Assembly (NCBI GenBank): GCA_045568075.1
Contig: JBJLBP010000001.1
Location: forward strand, 750,001 to 782,000
From: Candidatus Thalassarchaeaceae archaeon
GTDB taxonomy: Archaea > Thermoplasmatota > Poseidoniia > Poseidoniales > Thalassarchaeaceae
Direction of reading: 5' to 3'
Length of the DNA stretch: 32,000 bases
Each line of letters opens with the position of its first letter. Position 1 is the first letter of the stretch. The notes under the pieces were generated by a model. The model was given only the letters and a program-made list of their open reading frames with translations, did no database searches and was not told where the DNA came from. The position numbers were made by a program, and so were the translations under genes. This document shows, piece by piece, positions 16,066 to 23,603 of the stretch.

Positions 16066-16640
16066 TCCTCTTCACTCCTTTCACTTGATTCCTTCGAACC
16101 TTCGATGTTTTTTAGAATCCACAGGCAAGCGGCGGCGCCGAAAGCGAGAATGGCTCCACTGAGTAGAATGCTTTGCATGTCAGTTTCTTCGTCGGCTGAA
16201 TCAGCCGGTTGTTGACCGCCACCGGGCAGAACAAAACCACCGTCTGGTGGGCCAGTCTCGGTGTGATTGTCGGCAATAACCTCGACAAGCACCGTCATCC
16301 AGTGAGTATCGTTCTGAGAGATCTGGATCTCGATTATGCGAGGTTCCCAAACCTCGGGGTCGAGCCAAATGTAGCATTCATCATCGGTGCTCATCGAATC
16401 GCTCGGTCCCGCCTCACAAACCCAATCATCAACTCCATCGGAGTTATTGTCTAGTGTCAGAGTGCGGTTGTGATTGGCTACATTGTAGAAGACGAGCGTA
16501 TCGTTTTGCTGCACTCCGGCTTCGTCAGGAGCCACCGATGAGTTGCGCATGATGAACGAAAATGAGTTAGCGCCGTGCGCAGATGCAACAGGAGCCAACA
16601 ATAGCACGGCGACAATTGCGAAGGCAAGTCGCTTGCGCAA
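16062..16640 (-). CDS. Small secreted, C-terminally anchored protein with predicted mature N-terminal His (copy P1); possible cupredoxin-like/copper-binding domain
   Basis: Preferred start is TTG 16640, with GAGGTGA 5 nt upstream overlapping the stop of the preceding gene; GTG 16649 is the alternative. Signal MRKRLAFAIVAVLLLAPVASA|HG. It carries NDTLVFYNVANHNRTLTLDNNSDG, a CE-x11-DEC loop, an acidic linker and the TM helix ILLSGAILAFGAAACLWIL. Paralogous to 20539-21150. Confidence 0.65.
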   Translation of the reverse strand: MRKRLAFAIVAVLLLAPVASAHGANSFSFIMRNSSVAPDEAGVQQNDTLVFYNVANHNRTLTLDNNSDGVDDWVCEAGPSDSMSTDDECYIWLDPEVWEPRIIEIQISQNDTHWMTVLVEVIADNHTETGPPDGGFVLPGGGQQPADSADEETDMQSILLSGAILAFGAAACLWILKNIEGSKESSERSEEE

Positions 16641-16650
16641 TTGATTCACC

Positions 16651-18618
16651 TCATTCGTCAGTAGCCTCGGCCTCGTCGGACCAAAGAGCAGGATAGTGGT
16701 AGCGTGGGTCGTAGTCCTCATCGAACTGAACCACGTAGACTCCACTAACCATCTCAGAGATCATAACGAAGCCTCGTGGGTCGTATTGCAGACCCCAATC
16801 GAATGGAATCATGCACGAGGCCCAGCAATCAGCCATATCGTAGCCGAGTTCGCTCGCTGGGTCATCTATCCAAGTAGGTCCCGCAGGAAGGTAGTAGCCG
16901 AGAGTATGAGTCGGAGCGAGTTCAGAAATCGCTTGGAATCCTCGCTCAGGTTCTGGGTAACCATTCTCCCAGACAAGCTCTTCCCAAATATGTCCATGGT
17001 CAGTTATCCACACACCTGCGTGATAGTGCGTCCAATAGACGTGACCACTCAACCCAGTATCTCCATTGTGAGGGCTGAATATGTATCCGCCTGGGATGTA
17101 GTGGTGAGGGTGAGTTGTCCCGTCAGCTAGGGTACTTTCGCCAGGTAACTTCCACTTGGAAACCAAGAACGGTTTGGCAGGATCAGTTGTATCTATGGTC
17201 CAAATGAATCCTGTATGGTTTGCGTTGGATCCATATTCCGGAGCGATGTAAGTGTAGTGCCTCCAATTCTCACTGTATGTGGCATCAGTAGGTCCTGTTC
17301 CACAATGTTCAGGCCAGGTCTCTACAGGGTCATACTCACTGATTCCCGAACAAATAAGATTGTCTTGTGGGACCGCATAGTGGATGTTGTCATTTCCATC
17401 ATTTGCGTTCAACCAAACATCAGGATCCATGTTTGCATGACCACCGCCATCAGGCCCATACCATCCTGCATCATCTGTGGGGCAACCGAGCCAGCGGCCG
17501 GTTTCAGGGGGCCAGGAAATACCTAGAGGGTCTCCGATTTGAGGCGGTTCAGAGACATCAACAAGTCTCAACCCCGCGCCCCAGTAGGAGACCGCCAGCA
17601 TCTTTTGTTTGGTTATCGGGTGTATGAAAAACACGTTATCGTGGTTGAAAATAGATCCTCCACAAGTTGTCTGAGGTTCGGGAGTATATCCTCCCCAACG
17701 AATGATTTCTCTGCTTGCGTTTTGTTGCTCATTGTTGTTTGTAGGATTCAGCCCTTCGAAATCGATTAGTGCATAGAATACTTGAGTGCCTTTGTAGAAT
17801 GTCCCACTTGATCCCTCAACCATTTCTGGATAAGGGTCCGCACCGAATAGGAAAAGGTGACAATCATCTTGCCAAAGGGCAGTTGGATTTGCAGGCTCCC
17901 AATCGCAATAGACATGCAGGTCTTGGTTGTGGAAGCCTGCTGGAGGATTATCCCATTCCGCGACCTTAATCGGACTCGTCTTGTCTCCAACATAAATCAG
18001 GTCAAGTCTATTTGCTCCGCTGTTTGCATCGTCATCATTTGGTATAGGGTCTAGTTCTGAGTTGGTTAATTCGTGATTTACCAAAACCCAATTATTGTCT
18101 GAGGTCACCTTGATGTCAATCATTCTAGCTATTTCTGCGTAGTAAGTTGACAGTAGTCGGATATCGTTAGGTCTGCTGATATCAAGTATTTCGAATTGGT
18201 TGTATGAAGACACGTATGCGAAGCATCCACCTGTTCCATCTCCGTAAATTTCACAATCATCTAGGAAATTTCCTTCGATTGAGATTTCTGAATTATCTCC
18301 AGGAGTAGGTCCTGTATTCTTGAATTCATCAAAACAAGGCCTTCCAGCCACGTTATCTAATTCGGCTGGAGGTTTGACATTCCCATCACAATTCAAGTTG
18401 TGATAATCAATAAGCTGAGCATTTGGAGTTGCAAGCCTGTGAGCAAGTAGATCGCTGTGCGAGTGGTTCGCGTCTTCAATCTCCATTACTGGATCGACCC
18501 ATTCCCAATCGTCGTCACTATCACCGTTTGGAGCGAAGACGCCGATGCAACCACTGAGTGGTGCTGCAAGCATCAGGAAAGTCATCAGGAGAAGTGGAAT
18601 AGAAGACAATCGGGACAT
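16651..18618 (-). CDS. LVIVD-repeat-type beta-propeller lipoprotein, His-rich (paralog A)
   Basis: Start ATG 18618 gives MSRLSSIPLLLMTFLMLAAPLSGC (lipobox-like). LVIVD-like blades: FEILDISRPNDIRLL, YWGAGLRLVDVSEPP, FIWTIDTTDPAKPFL, HYHAGVWITD, GVYVVQFDEDY. Motifs shared with 18741-20489 are listed in the findings. Confidence 0.75.
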   Translation of the reverse strand: MSRLSSIPLLLMTFLMLAAPLSGCIGVFAPNGDSDDDWEWVDPVMEIEDANHSHSDLLAHRLATPNAQLIDYHNLNCDGNVKPPAELDNVAGRPCFDEFKNTGPTPGDNSEISIEGNFLDDCEIYGDGTGGCFAYVSSYNQFEILDISRPNDIRLLSTYYAEIARMIDIKVTSDNNWVLVNHELTNSELDPIPNDDDANSGANRLDLIYVGDKTSPIKVAEWDNPPAGFHNQDLHVYCDWEPANPTALWQDDCHLFLFGADPYPEMVEGSSGTFYKGTQVFYALIDFEGLNPTNNNEQQNASREIIRWGGYTPEPQTTCGGSIFNHDNVFFIHPITKQKMLAVSYWGAGLRLVDVSEPPQIGDPLGISWPPETGRWLGCPTDDAGWYGPDGGGHANMDPDVWLNANDGNDNIHYAVPQDNLICSGISEYDPVETWPEHCGTGPTDATYSENWRHYTYIAPEYGSNANHTGFIWTIDTTDPAKPFLVSKWKLPGESTLADGTTHPHHYIPGGYIFSPHNGDTGLSGHVYWTHYHAGVWITDHGHIWEELVWENGYPEPERGFQAISELAPTHTLGYYLPAGPTWIDDPASELGYDMADCWASCMIPFDWGLQYDPRGFVMISEMVSGVYVVQFDEDYDPRYHYPALWSDEAEATDE

Positions 18619-18680
18619 GGTCACACCTATGGCAGCACCCTTGCCGTCGTCATCAAGCAATTCAATGCAACGGTGTTCAG

Positions 18681-18698
18681 CGCCCTCTATAGAGGGCG
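18681..18698. repeat. Perfect 18-bp palindrome CGCCCTCTATAGAGGGCG in the gap between the two propeller genes
   Basis: Read directly: CGCCCTCTA/TAGAGGGCG, with a TCTATAGA core flanked by GC clamps. On the transcribed (minus) strand it is preceded by TTGTTTATTT. It lies 43 nt downstream of the stop of the upstream propeller gene (stop codon 18741-18743) and 63 nt upstream of ATG 18618. Confidence 0.6.
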
Positions 18699-18740
18699 TC
18701 AAATAAACAACGAAATTTTCGAAATAGTGTTTTCACTCTC

Positions 18741-20489
18741 TCAGACAGCGAGAGGCTTGCCGTATGGTACATCGATGTCGAGTTGGACGATGTAGAGTCC
18801 GGTTGTAATGCAAGAGAGGTAAGTGTAACCCTCGTGGTACTCCGCCGCCCAGAGGAATGGTGTCCAGCCGAAGTCGTAGTACGAACTGTCGAGAGGTTCT
18901 CCGTCGACACCGTGAGGCAAATGGTAACCAACTGTCGCCTCCATGTGGGCGACGGAGCGATTCATCTCCTCGCCGATACCTAGAGCCATCAGGGTCTCGA
19001 TATCAACCACCCACAGCCCGGAGTGATAACTTGACAGGTAGATGCGCCCATCCCATGCGCCGCCGTAGCTATGGTCGGGTAGTCCTGGTAATCCTGTTTG
19101 GAAGATCTGGGTATCTGCATTGTGAGGACTGAATAGCAACCATTCATCTCCACTCGGGATGAAGTGGTCTTCAGCGAATGGGATCTCCCAACCATGAATG
19201 ATTTTTGGTAGGAAGGTAGCCTTTCCATTCACCACTTCGTAATCAGTTGTGTCGAGAAGGTATCCCATGCCAGTGCCTATCTCAGTTGAGAGCACCTCGG
19301 TGGCGAGGAAAGTCAGGTGCATCTTACCGGTTGGATAGCCGAGGTGGCTAGCATCTACCATGTCGTCGACGGGCTCAGCGTAGTGGATGTACGAGGCTCG
19401 CCCTCCATTCTCGTTACTTGTACATCCGCAATCCATCTCGCCGTCGCCATCGAGGTCGGCAAACTCCATCCAAGCCCCGACCTCGGGTGCTCTCCACGTG
19501 CATCCGGCTTGTGAGCCGCCTGAGAGGCGGCACAACGAGCCGTACCAAAGGTACTGCTCGAGGCTATTTTGTGGGTGCGGGACGTCACTAGTGTCGAAGA
19601 TCCGTAGTCCCGCTTCCCAGTAAGCTCCGTAGATGTAGGTCTGACCGTAGCGAGGGTCATTCTGATCCTCGCCGGGCCATGTCTGTACGGTCATGTCGTG
19701 GATGTAAATCCAACCTCCGAGAGTAGTTTCCCAACTGACTTCGGCTTCACCCACCTTGACTATACGAGGTAGGTCACCATACCCGGCAAAATTCAGGTGC
19801 GCGATGGTTATGCCTCCACAGGCATCACCCTGACCAACATCGCACTGTTCGTAATCTGGATTTGCGACGAAGATGTACCACTCACCATCTATCATGTGTG
19901 TGTAGAGATTGTGCGGGCCACTGGGGTGGTCCACATCATACCATGAATCAACCCAGGAGGGGTCGGATTTGTCAGTCACGTCAACTAGAGTGACCGTGAC
20001 TTGGGCAGGGTCTTCCCAATTGCCAACATTAGGGTCGGCCGCACCAGGATCGACCAATTGATTCTGAACAATCACATATTCGCGGCCGTTGTATTCGAGA
20101 TACTTGACATCCAAAACCTGTGTGTTCGGATCGACGTATACACCGGTGACGGTTGTGTTGGCTGGATTTGTGACATCAACGATGTGCATCTCTGACCATC
20201 CTGCGATGTAAGCGTAGGTATTCCCATCTGGAGAGTCGGCGACTTGGATTTCTGCATTACCTGGAGCCGTCAATTCGTTGAATGAAACCGGTTGAATGTT
20301 GTCGGTGAAAAGTACGTGCTGACTGGCGTTACGATGGTCGTGTCCCTCATCTTGCATCAATGGGTCGACCATTTCCGAGGTATCATCTGAGTCTAGTGAC
20401 TCGTTTGAACCGAGCATCATGACAGCACCTCCACCAATCAGTAGAGTCACGGCTAATCCTGCCGCGATCAGCATCCGCTCGGTGTCCAT
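18741..20489 (-). CDS. LVIVD-repeat-type beta-propeller protein with N-terminal signal anchor, His-rich (paralog B)
   Basis: MDTERMLIAAGLAVTLLIGGGAVMMLGS anchor. Blades: EMHIVDVTNPANTTV, VTLVDVTDKSDPSWV, YWEAGLRIFDTSDVP, YHSGLWVVDIE, GLYIVQLDIDV. Confidence 0.75.
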   Translation of the reverse strand: MDTERMLIAAGLAVTLLIGGGAVMMLGSNESLDSDDTSEMVDPLMQDEGHDHRNASQHVLFTDNIQPVSFNELTAPGNAEIQVADSPDGNTYAYIAGWSEMHIVDVTNPANTTVTGVYVDPNTQVLDVKYLEYNGREYVIVQNQLVDPGAADPNVGNWEDPAQVTVTLVDVTDKSDPSWVDSWYDVDHPSGPHNLYTHMIDGEWYIFVANPDYEQCDVGQGDACGGITIAHLNFAGYGDLPRIVKVGEAEVSWETTLGGWIYIHDMTVQTWPGEDQNDPRYGQTYIYGAYWEAGLRIFDTSDVPHPQNSLEQYLWYGSLCRLSGGSQAGCTWRAPEVGAWMEFADLDGDGEMDCGCTSNENGGRASYIHYAEPVDDMVDASHLGYPTGKMHLTFLATEVLSTEIGTGMGYLLDTTDYEVVNGKATFLPKIIHGWEIPFAEDHFIPSGDEWLLFSPHNADTQIFQTGLPGLPDHSYGGAWDGRIYLSSYHSGLWVVDIETLMALGIGEEMNRSVAHMEATVGYHLPHGVDGEPLDSSYYDFGWTPFLWAAEYHEGYTYLSCITTGLYIVQLDIDVPYGKPLAV

Positions 20490-20538
20490 CGTTCGGTTCC
20501 ACCGTCCGAGTCATGTTGAAGTCTTTGCCGCGCTGCGA

Positions 20539-21150
20539 ATGGACGTGGCTACTGCCCGACTGCTCATGCTCACGCTATTCCTAGGGCTACTCGCTTCGCC
20601 GTTGGTTTTGGCTCACGACCAGAAGGAATACACGGTTATTTTGGGCTCCGAGGGGGCGAGACCTGATTCGATTACGGCTGATGTTCTGGTCGAGACCGAC
20701 TCGATTTTCTTTAGGAATCATGATTCAAGGGATGAGGCAAGGCACCGCATTCTCGTCGATGCAGATGAGGACGGTGCCTTCGAAGGGATTGACGATTTCG
20801 ATACTGGTTGGATGGTTACCTCTTGCGAGTTGAATGAAACTGGACACAAGGTCGATGAGAATTGCCAAACAGCTGCTATGGTCTTGTTAGCCCCTGAAAG
20901 TGGCTTGTTACCCGGAAATGTCTCGATGATGCATCAGGTTGAGTTCGAGGGTGAACTGACTGAGACTCCATTCTACGCCCTTTACTCGGTCGATGATCAT
21001 ACCATGTCGAATGGGCCGGTTACCCCTGGGACAGATGCCGAGTCCGAGTCGGACTCTGATGATTCGATTCTGCGGGCTGTCATCATCTCTGCTGGAGCGA
21101 TTGCCCTCGTGCTCGTCTCCCGACTCACCAACCCTTCTAGGGATGAGTGA
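20539..21150 (+). CDS. Small secreted, C-terminally anchored protein with predicted mature N-terminal His (copy P2), divergent from the propeller operon
   Basis: ATG 20539 gives MDVATARLLMLTLFLGLLASPLVLA|HD. It carries TDSIFFRNHDSRDEARHRILVDADEDG, a CE-x10-DENC loop, an acidic Ser/Asp linker and the TM helix AVIISAGAIALVLV. Same architecture as 16062-16640. Confidence 0.65.
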   Translation: MDVATARLLMLTLFLGLLASPLVLAHDQKEYTVILGSEGARPDSITADVLVETDSIFFRNHDSRDEARHRILVDADEDGAFEGIDDFDTGWMVTSCELNETGHKVDENCQTAAMVLLAPESGLLPGNVSMMHQVEFEGELTETPFYALYSVDDHTMSNGPVTPGTDAESESDSDDSILRAVIISAGAIALVLVSRLTNPSRDE

Positions 21151-21206
21151 AGGCTCGCACTTCGACGGTTCAACTCAAGAACCCCTGCCCGGTCGCCACG
21201 CTCACG

Positions 21207-21283
21207 GGGCGCTTAGATCAGCCTGGAAGATCGTCTGGTTTGCAACCAGAAGGCCGGGGGTTCAAATCCCCCAGCGTCCACCA
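21207..21283 (+). tRNA. tRNA-Ala (anticodon UGC), 3' CCA encoded
   Basis: Acceptor GGGCGCT/AGCGTCC with the G3:U70 alanine identity pair. Anticodon stem TCTGG/CCAGA with loop TTTGCAA (TGC). T arm GGGGG-TTCAAAT-CCCCC, discriminator A, CCA at 21281-21283. Confidence 0.9.
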
Positions 21284-22309
21284 TCAAGAGTCCATTGGCG
21301 GAGCAAGTTGGTTGAGGATCTTCAGTAGGCCACGTAGTGTAACTTCGCTGATTCCGGCTACCTTGCAAACCTCGCTTTGAGTGCGAGTAGAGGAGCTCTC
21401 CTGAGATGCTCGATAGAGAATGACTCCAGCGATGCCAGAGGGCTTCTTACCTTGCCAGGAGAGGTCCTGTCCGACAATCTTCCACATATCGCGAGCGGCG
21501 CCGAGAACGATTGGAGGCAATTGTAAGTCAGAGTGGAACTTCTCGAAGTATTCCTCCGGGCCGGTGATGTGGTGCGTGCCGAGATTGCGCGCAACTAATC
21601 GTATGGTCCGCTTGAGTTCCTTCTGATCAACCTCGCTACGCATATCGAATGCAGCAGCGATGTCATCGATTTTGCGAGGAACCTTCGCCTCGCGTGCGGC
21701 AATGTAGACACACGCAGCTGTAACGCCTCGGATACTACGTCCTGTAACCAGTCCTCGCTCGACCGCGTTGCGGTATAGGGATGCGGCCTGTTGTTCAATC
21801 TGAGGCGTCAAGCCTCCGCGGTCGCGGATGAATTGCATAGCCGAAGTCAGGTTTCGTGCTCTTGAATCACGAGTCTTCGAGCGTTGGTCGATACGCTGAC
21901 GTCGGCGCCAGTCTCGAGCTGCCTTCCCACTCATACCGTGGCGCTTCGCAGCACCCGAGGTCAAGTCGATTCGACTGATTTCACTTGAAAGCCCCTTGTC
22001 CGAGAGGGTGAGTGTTGTCGGAGCTCCGACCCTACTGCGGTCAGCGCCATCTGAGTGGTTGACCCATTCAGCACCAGGGTCGATCATATTCTGTGCAGCG
22101 ACGAAGCCACAAACTGCGCAACTTGTCTCTCCGCGCTTAACGTCAGTGTCCCATTCGTCACTACCGCAAACTTCGCACGAACCCGAGACTGCCTCGGTAT
22201 TGCGCGCTTGCGAAGGGCGGACCCCTGCTACGAATGGTTTCTTTCTCTTAGCGTTCTTCAAAGTACTCGTCTCCTTACCGGTTCGGCTCTTGGTGCGTTG
22301 TTCCTTCAT
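21284..22309 (-). CDS. tfb: Transcription initiation factor IIB (TFB)
   Basis: Zn ribbon CEVCGS...CAVCG, linker IDPGAEW...DRSRVGAP, and two cyclin folds (RNLTSAMQFI...IRGVTAACVYIAAREAKVPRKIDDIA; ...PSGIAGVILYRASQ...TQSEVCKVAGISEVTLR). I prefer ATG 22309 (the ORF is open to 22363) because the TATA box lies between the two candidate starts. Confidence 0.9.
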   Translation of the reverse strand: MKEQRTKSRTGKETSTLKNAKRKKPFVAGVRPSQARNTEAVSGSCEVCGSDEWDTDVKRGETSCAVCGFVAAQNMIDPGAEWVNHSDGADRSRVGAPTTLTLSDKGLSSEISRIDLTSGAAKRHGMSGKAARDWRRRQRIDQRSKTRDSRARNLTSAMQFIRDRGGLTPQIEQQAASLYRNAVERGLVTGRSIRGVTAACVYIAAREAKVPRKIDDIAAAFDMRSEVDQKELKRTIRLVARNLGTHHITGPEEYFEKFHSDLQLPPIVLGAARDMWKIVGQDLSWQGKKPSGIAGVILYRASQESSSTRTQSEVCKVAGISEVTLRGLLKILNQLAPPMDS

Positions 22310-22341
22310 ATTAACCAGTAGTTGTATAGTGGGACGCGCAC

Positions 22342-22350
22342 TATTTAAAA
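22342..22350 (-). promoter_or_regulatory. TATA box (TTTTAAATA on minus strand) of the tfb promoter
   Basis: Consensus-like archaeal TATA, with 32 nt between the box and ATG 22309. This implies a ~10-nt leader. Confidence 0.6.
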
Positions 22351-22424
22351 CTATCGTCGGCATGTTCGCTCAAATTTACTGTATAATCGCCTCACCTCTC
22401 GGATAATGCCGAAGGGAGAGATTC

Positions 22425-23603
22425 TTGCACCACTCGCGGTTAGACAGAGCCGTGTCAGACGGCGAAGTGGTGCGGACAGCATTGTATGATTGCCATGTCG
22501 AAGCCGGTGCGAAGCTCGTAGATTTCCATGGCTTCGAACTTCCCATATGGTATTCATCGATCCAAGATGAACATCTTGCATGCCGTTCCACCGCAGGGAT
22601 GTTCGACGTTTCACACATGGGTTTGTTCTCATTCGAAGGCACCGGAGTTAGAGAATGGCTTCAGAGTATTTCAACGCAGAGTGTTTCTTCCTTTGTTCCT
22701 GGGCGTTGTGGTTACACGCATTTTCTCGATCACGAAGGTTGTATCATCGATGACATGATTTTCGCTGTCAAATCCGAAGACTGCGTCCTCGGGGTACCAA
22801 ACGCCTCTATGATTTCGACAATGTGGGACTGGTTCAATGGGTTGCTGCCCAACGATGGCTCGGTTACCCTCGTCGACTTGTCGGCCGAGACGAGTATCAT
22901 CGCATTACAAGGTCCTGCCTCGGCTGAAATATTGGGTTCGGCTCTGGGTGAAGTGAATCGTATTGGGCGATTCAAGTGTCAGCAGATTTCTGCGAATGGT
23001 ATCGGTGTGACAGGTTGGATTCAGGGTACTGGCTACACCGGCGAGCGCGGTGCCGAGATTTTCGTGCCGAATGATCAGGCACCGCTTCTTTGGCGGGCTC
23101 TTCTCGATGCTGGTGTGGAGCACGGGTTGGTTCCGGTCGGCCTTGGCGCTCGCGATACTCTCCGACTTGAGAAAGGGTATCTCCTATCAGGGCAAGATTT
23201 CCTCTGGCCGGGCCTCGGTTTGGATGCAGCTGATTCACTTCCCGAGGGTTTCCTAGCGCGTGATTCTGCAGAGACCGCAGTTCCATTTGGGTTGGACATG
23301 GAACACGAATTTGTTGGACGCGAGCGAGTGGCCGAATCACTTGAATCGGGTGCTCGCTGGCACGGCCTCCAATGCCTCGAACGTGGCCCTGCTCCACGGT
23401 TGGGACATGCTGTGAAGAGTTCTGACACCGACGAAGCCACGATTTCAGGATACGTCACCAGCGGTTGTCCATCCCCCTCACTAAACCGTACCGGCATCGC
23501 GATGGCTTACCTCAATGGAGTCGAAGTCGGCGATGAGGTTTGGATTCAAGCCAGCCCTCGTAGGAGGGTGCGAGCCGAAGTGGTCAGACCCCCGTTCGTA
23601 TGA
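22425..23603 (+). CDS. gcvT: Glycine cleavage system T protein (aminomethyltransferase)
   Basis: RTALYDCHVEAGAKLVDFHGFELPIWYSSIQDEHLACRSTAGMFDVSHMG ... GYTGERGAEIF ... GLGARDTLRLEKGY is canonical GcvT. The start is uncertain: TTG 22425 or one of the in-frame GTGs just before RTALYD. Confidence 0.88.
   Translation: MHHSRLDRAVSDGEVVRTALYDCHVEAGAKLVDFHGFELPIWYSSIQDEHLACRSTAGMFDVSHMGLFSFEGTGVREWLQSISTQSVSSFVPGRCGYTHFLDHEGCIIDDMIFAVKSEDCVLGVPNASMISTMWDWFNGLLPNDGSVTLVDLSAETSIIALQGPASAEILGSALGEVNRIGRFKCQQISANGIGVTGWIQGTGYTGERGAEIFVPNDQAPLLWRALLDAGVEHGLVPVGLGARDTLRLEKGYLLSGQDFLWPGLGLDAADSLPEGFLARDSAETAVPFGLDMEHEFVGRERVAESLESGARWHGLQCLERGPAPRLGHAVKSSDTDEATISGYVTSGCPSPSLNRTGIAMAYLNGVEVGDEVWIQASPRRRVRAEVVRPPFV

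Noticed and set aside
18619-18702. N-terminal ORF extensions in the track (also 20419-20538, 26439-26705, 29282-29410, 6511-6588, 7121-7162, 16641-16745, 22310-22363)
   Set aside because: The extended starts overlap neighbouring genes or promoters and add non-signal sequence ahead of clear signal peptides or conserved N-termini. I preferred internal starts that have a TATA-like or Shine-Dalgarno-like context.
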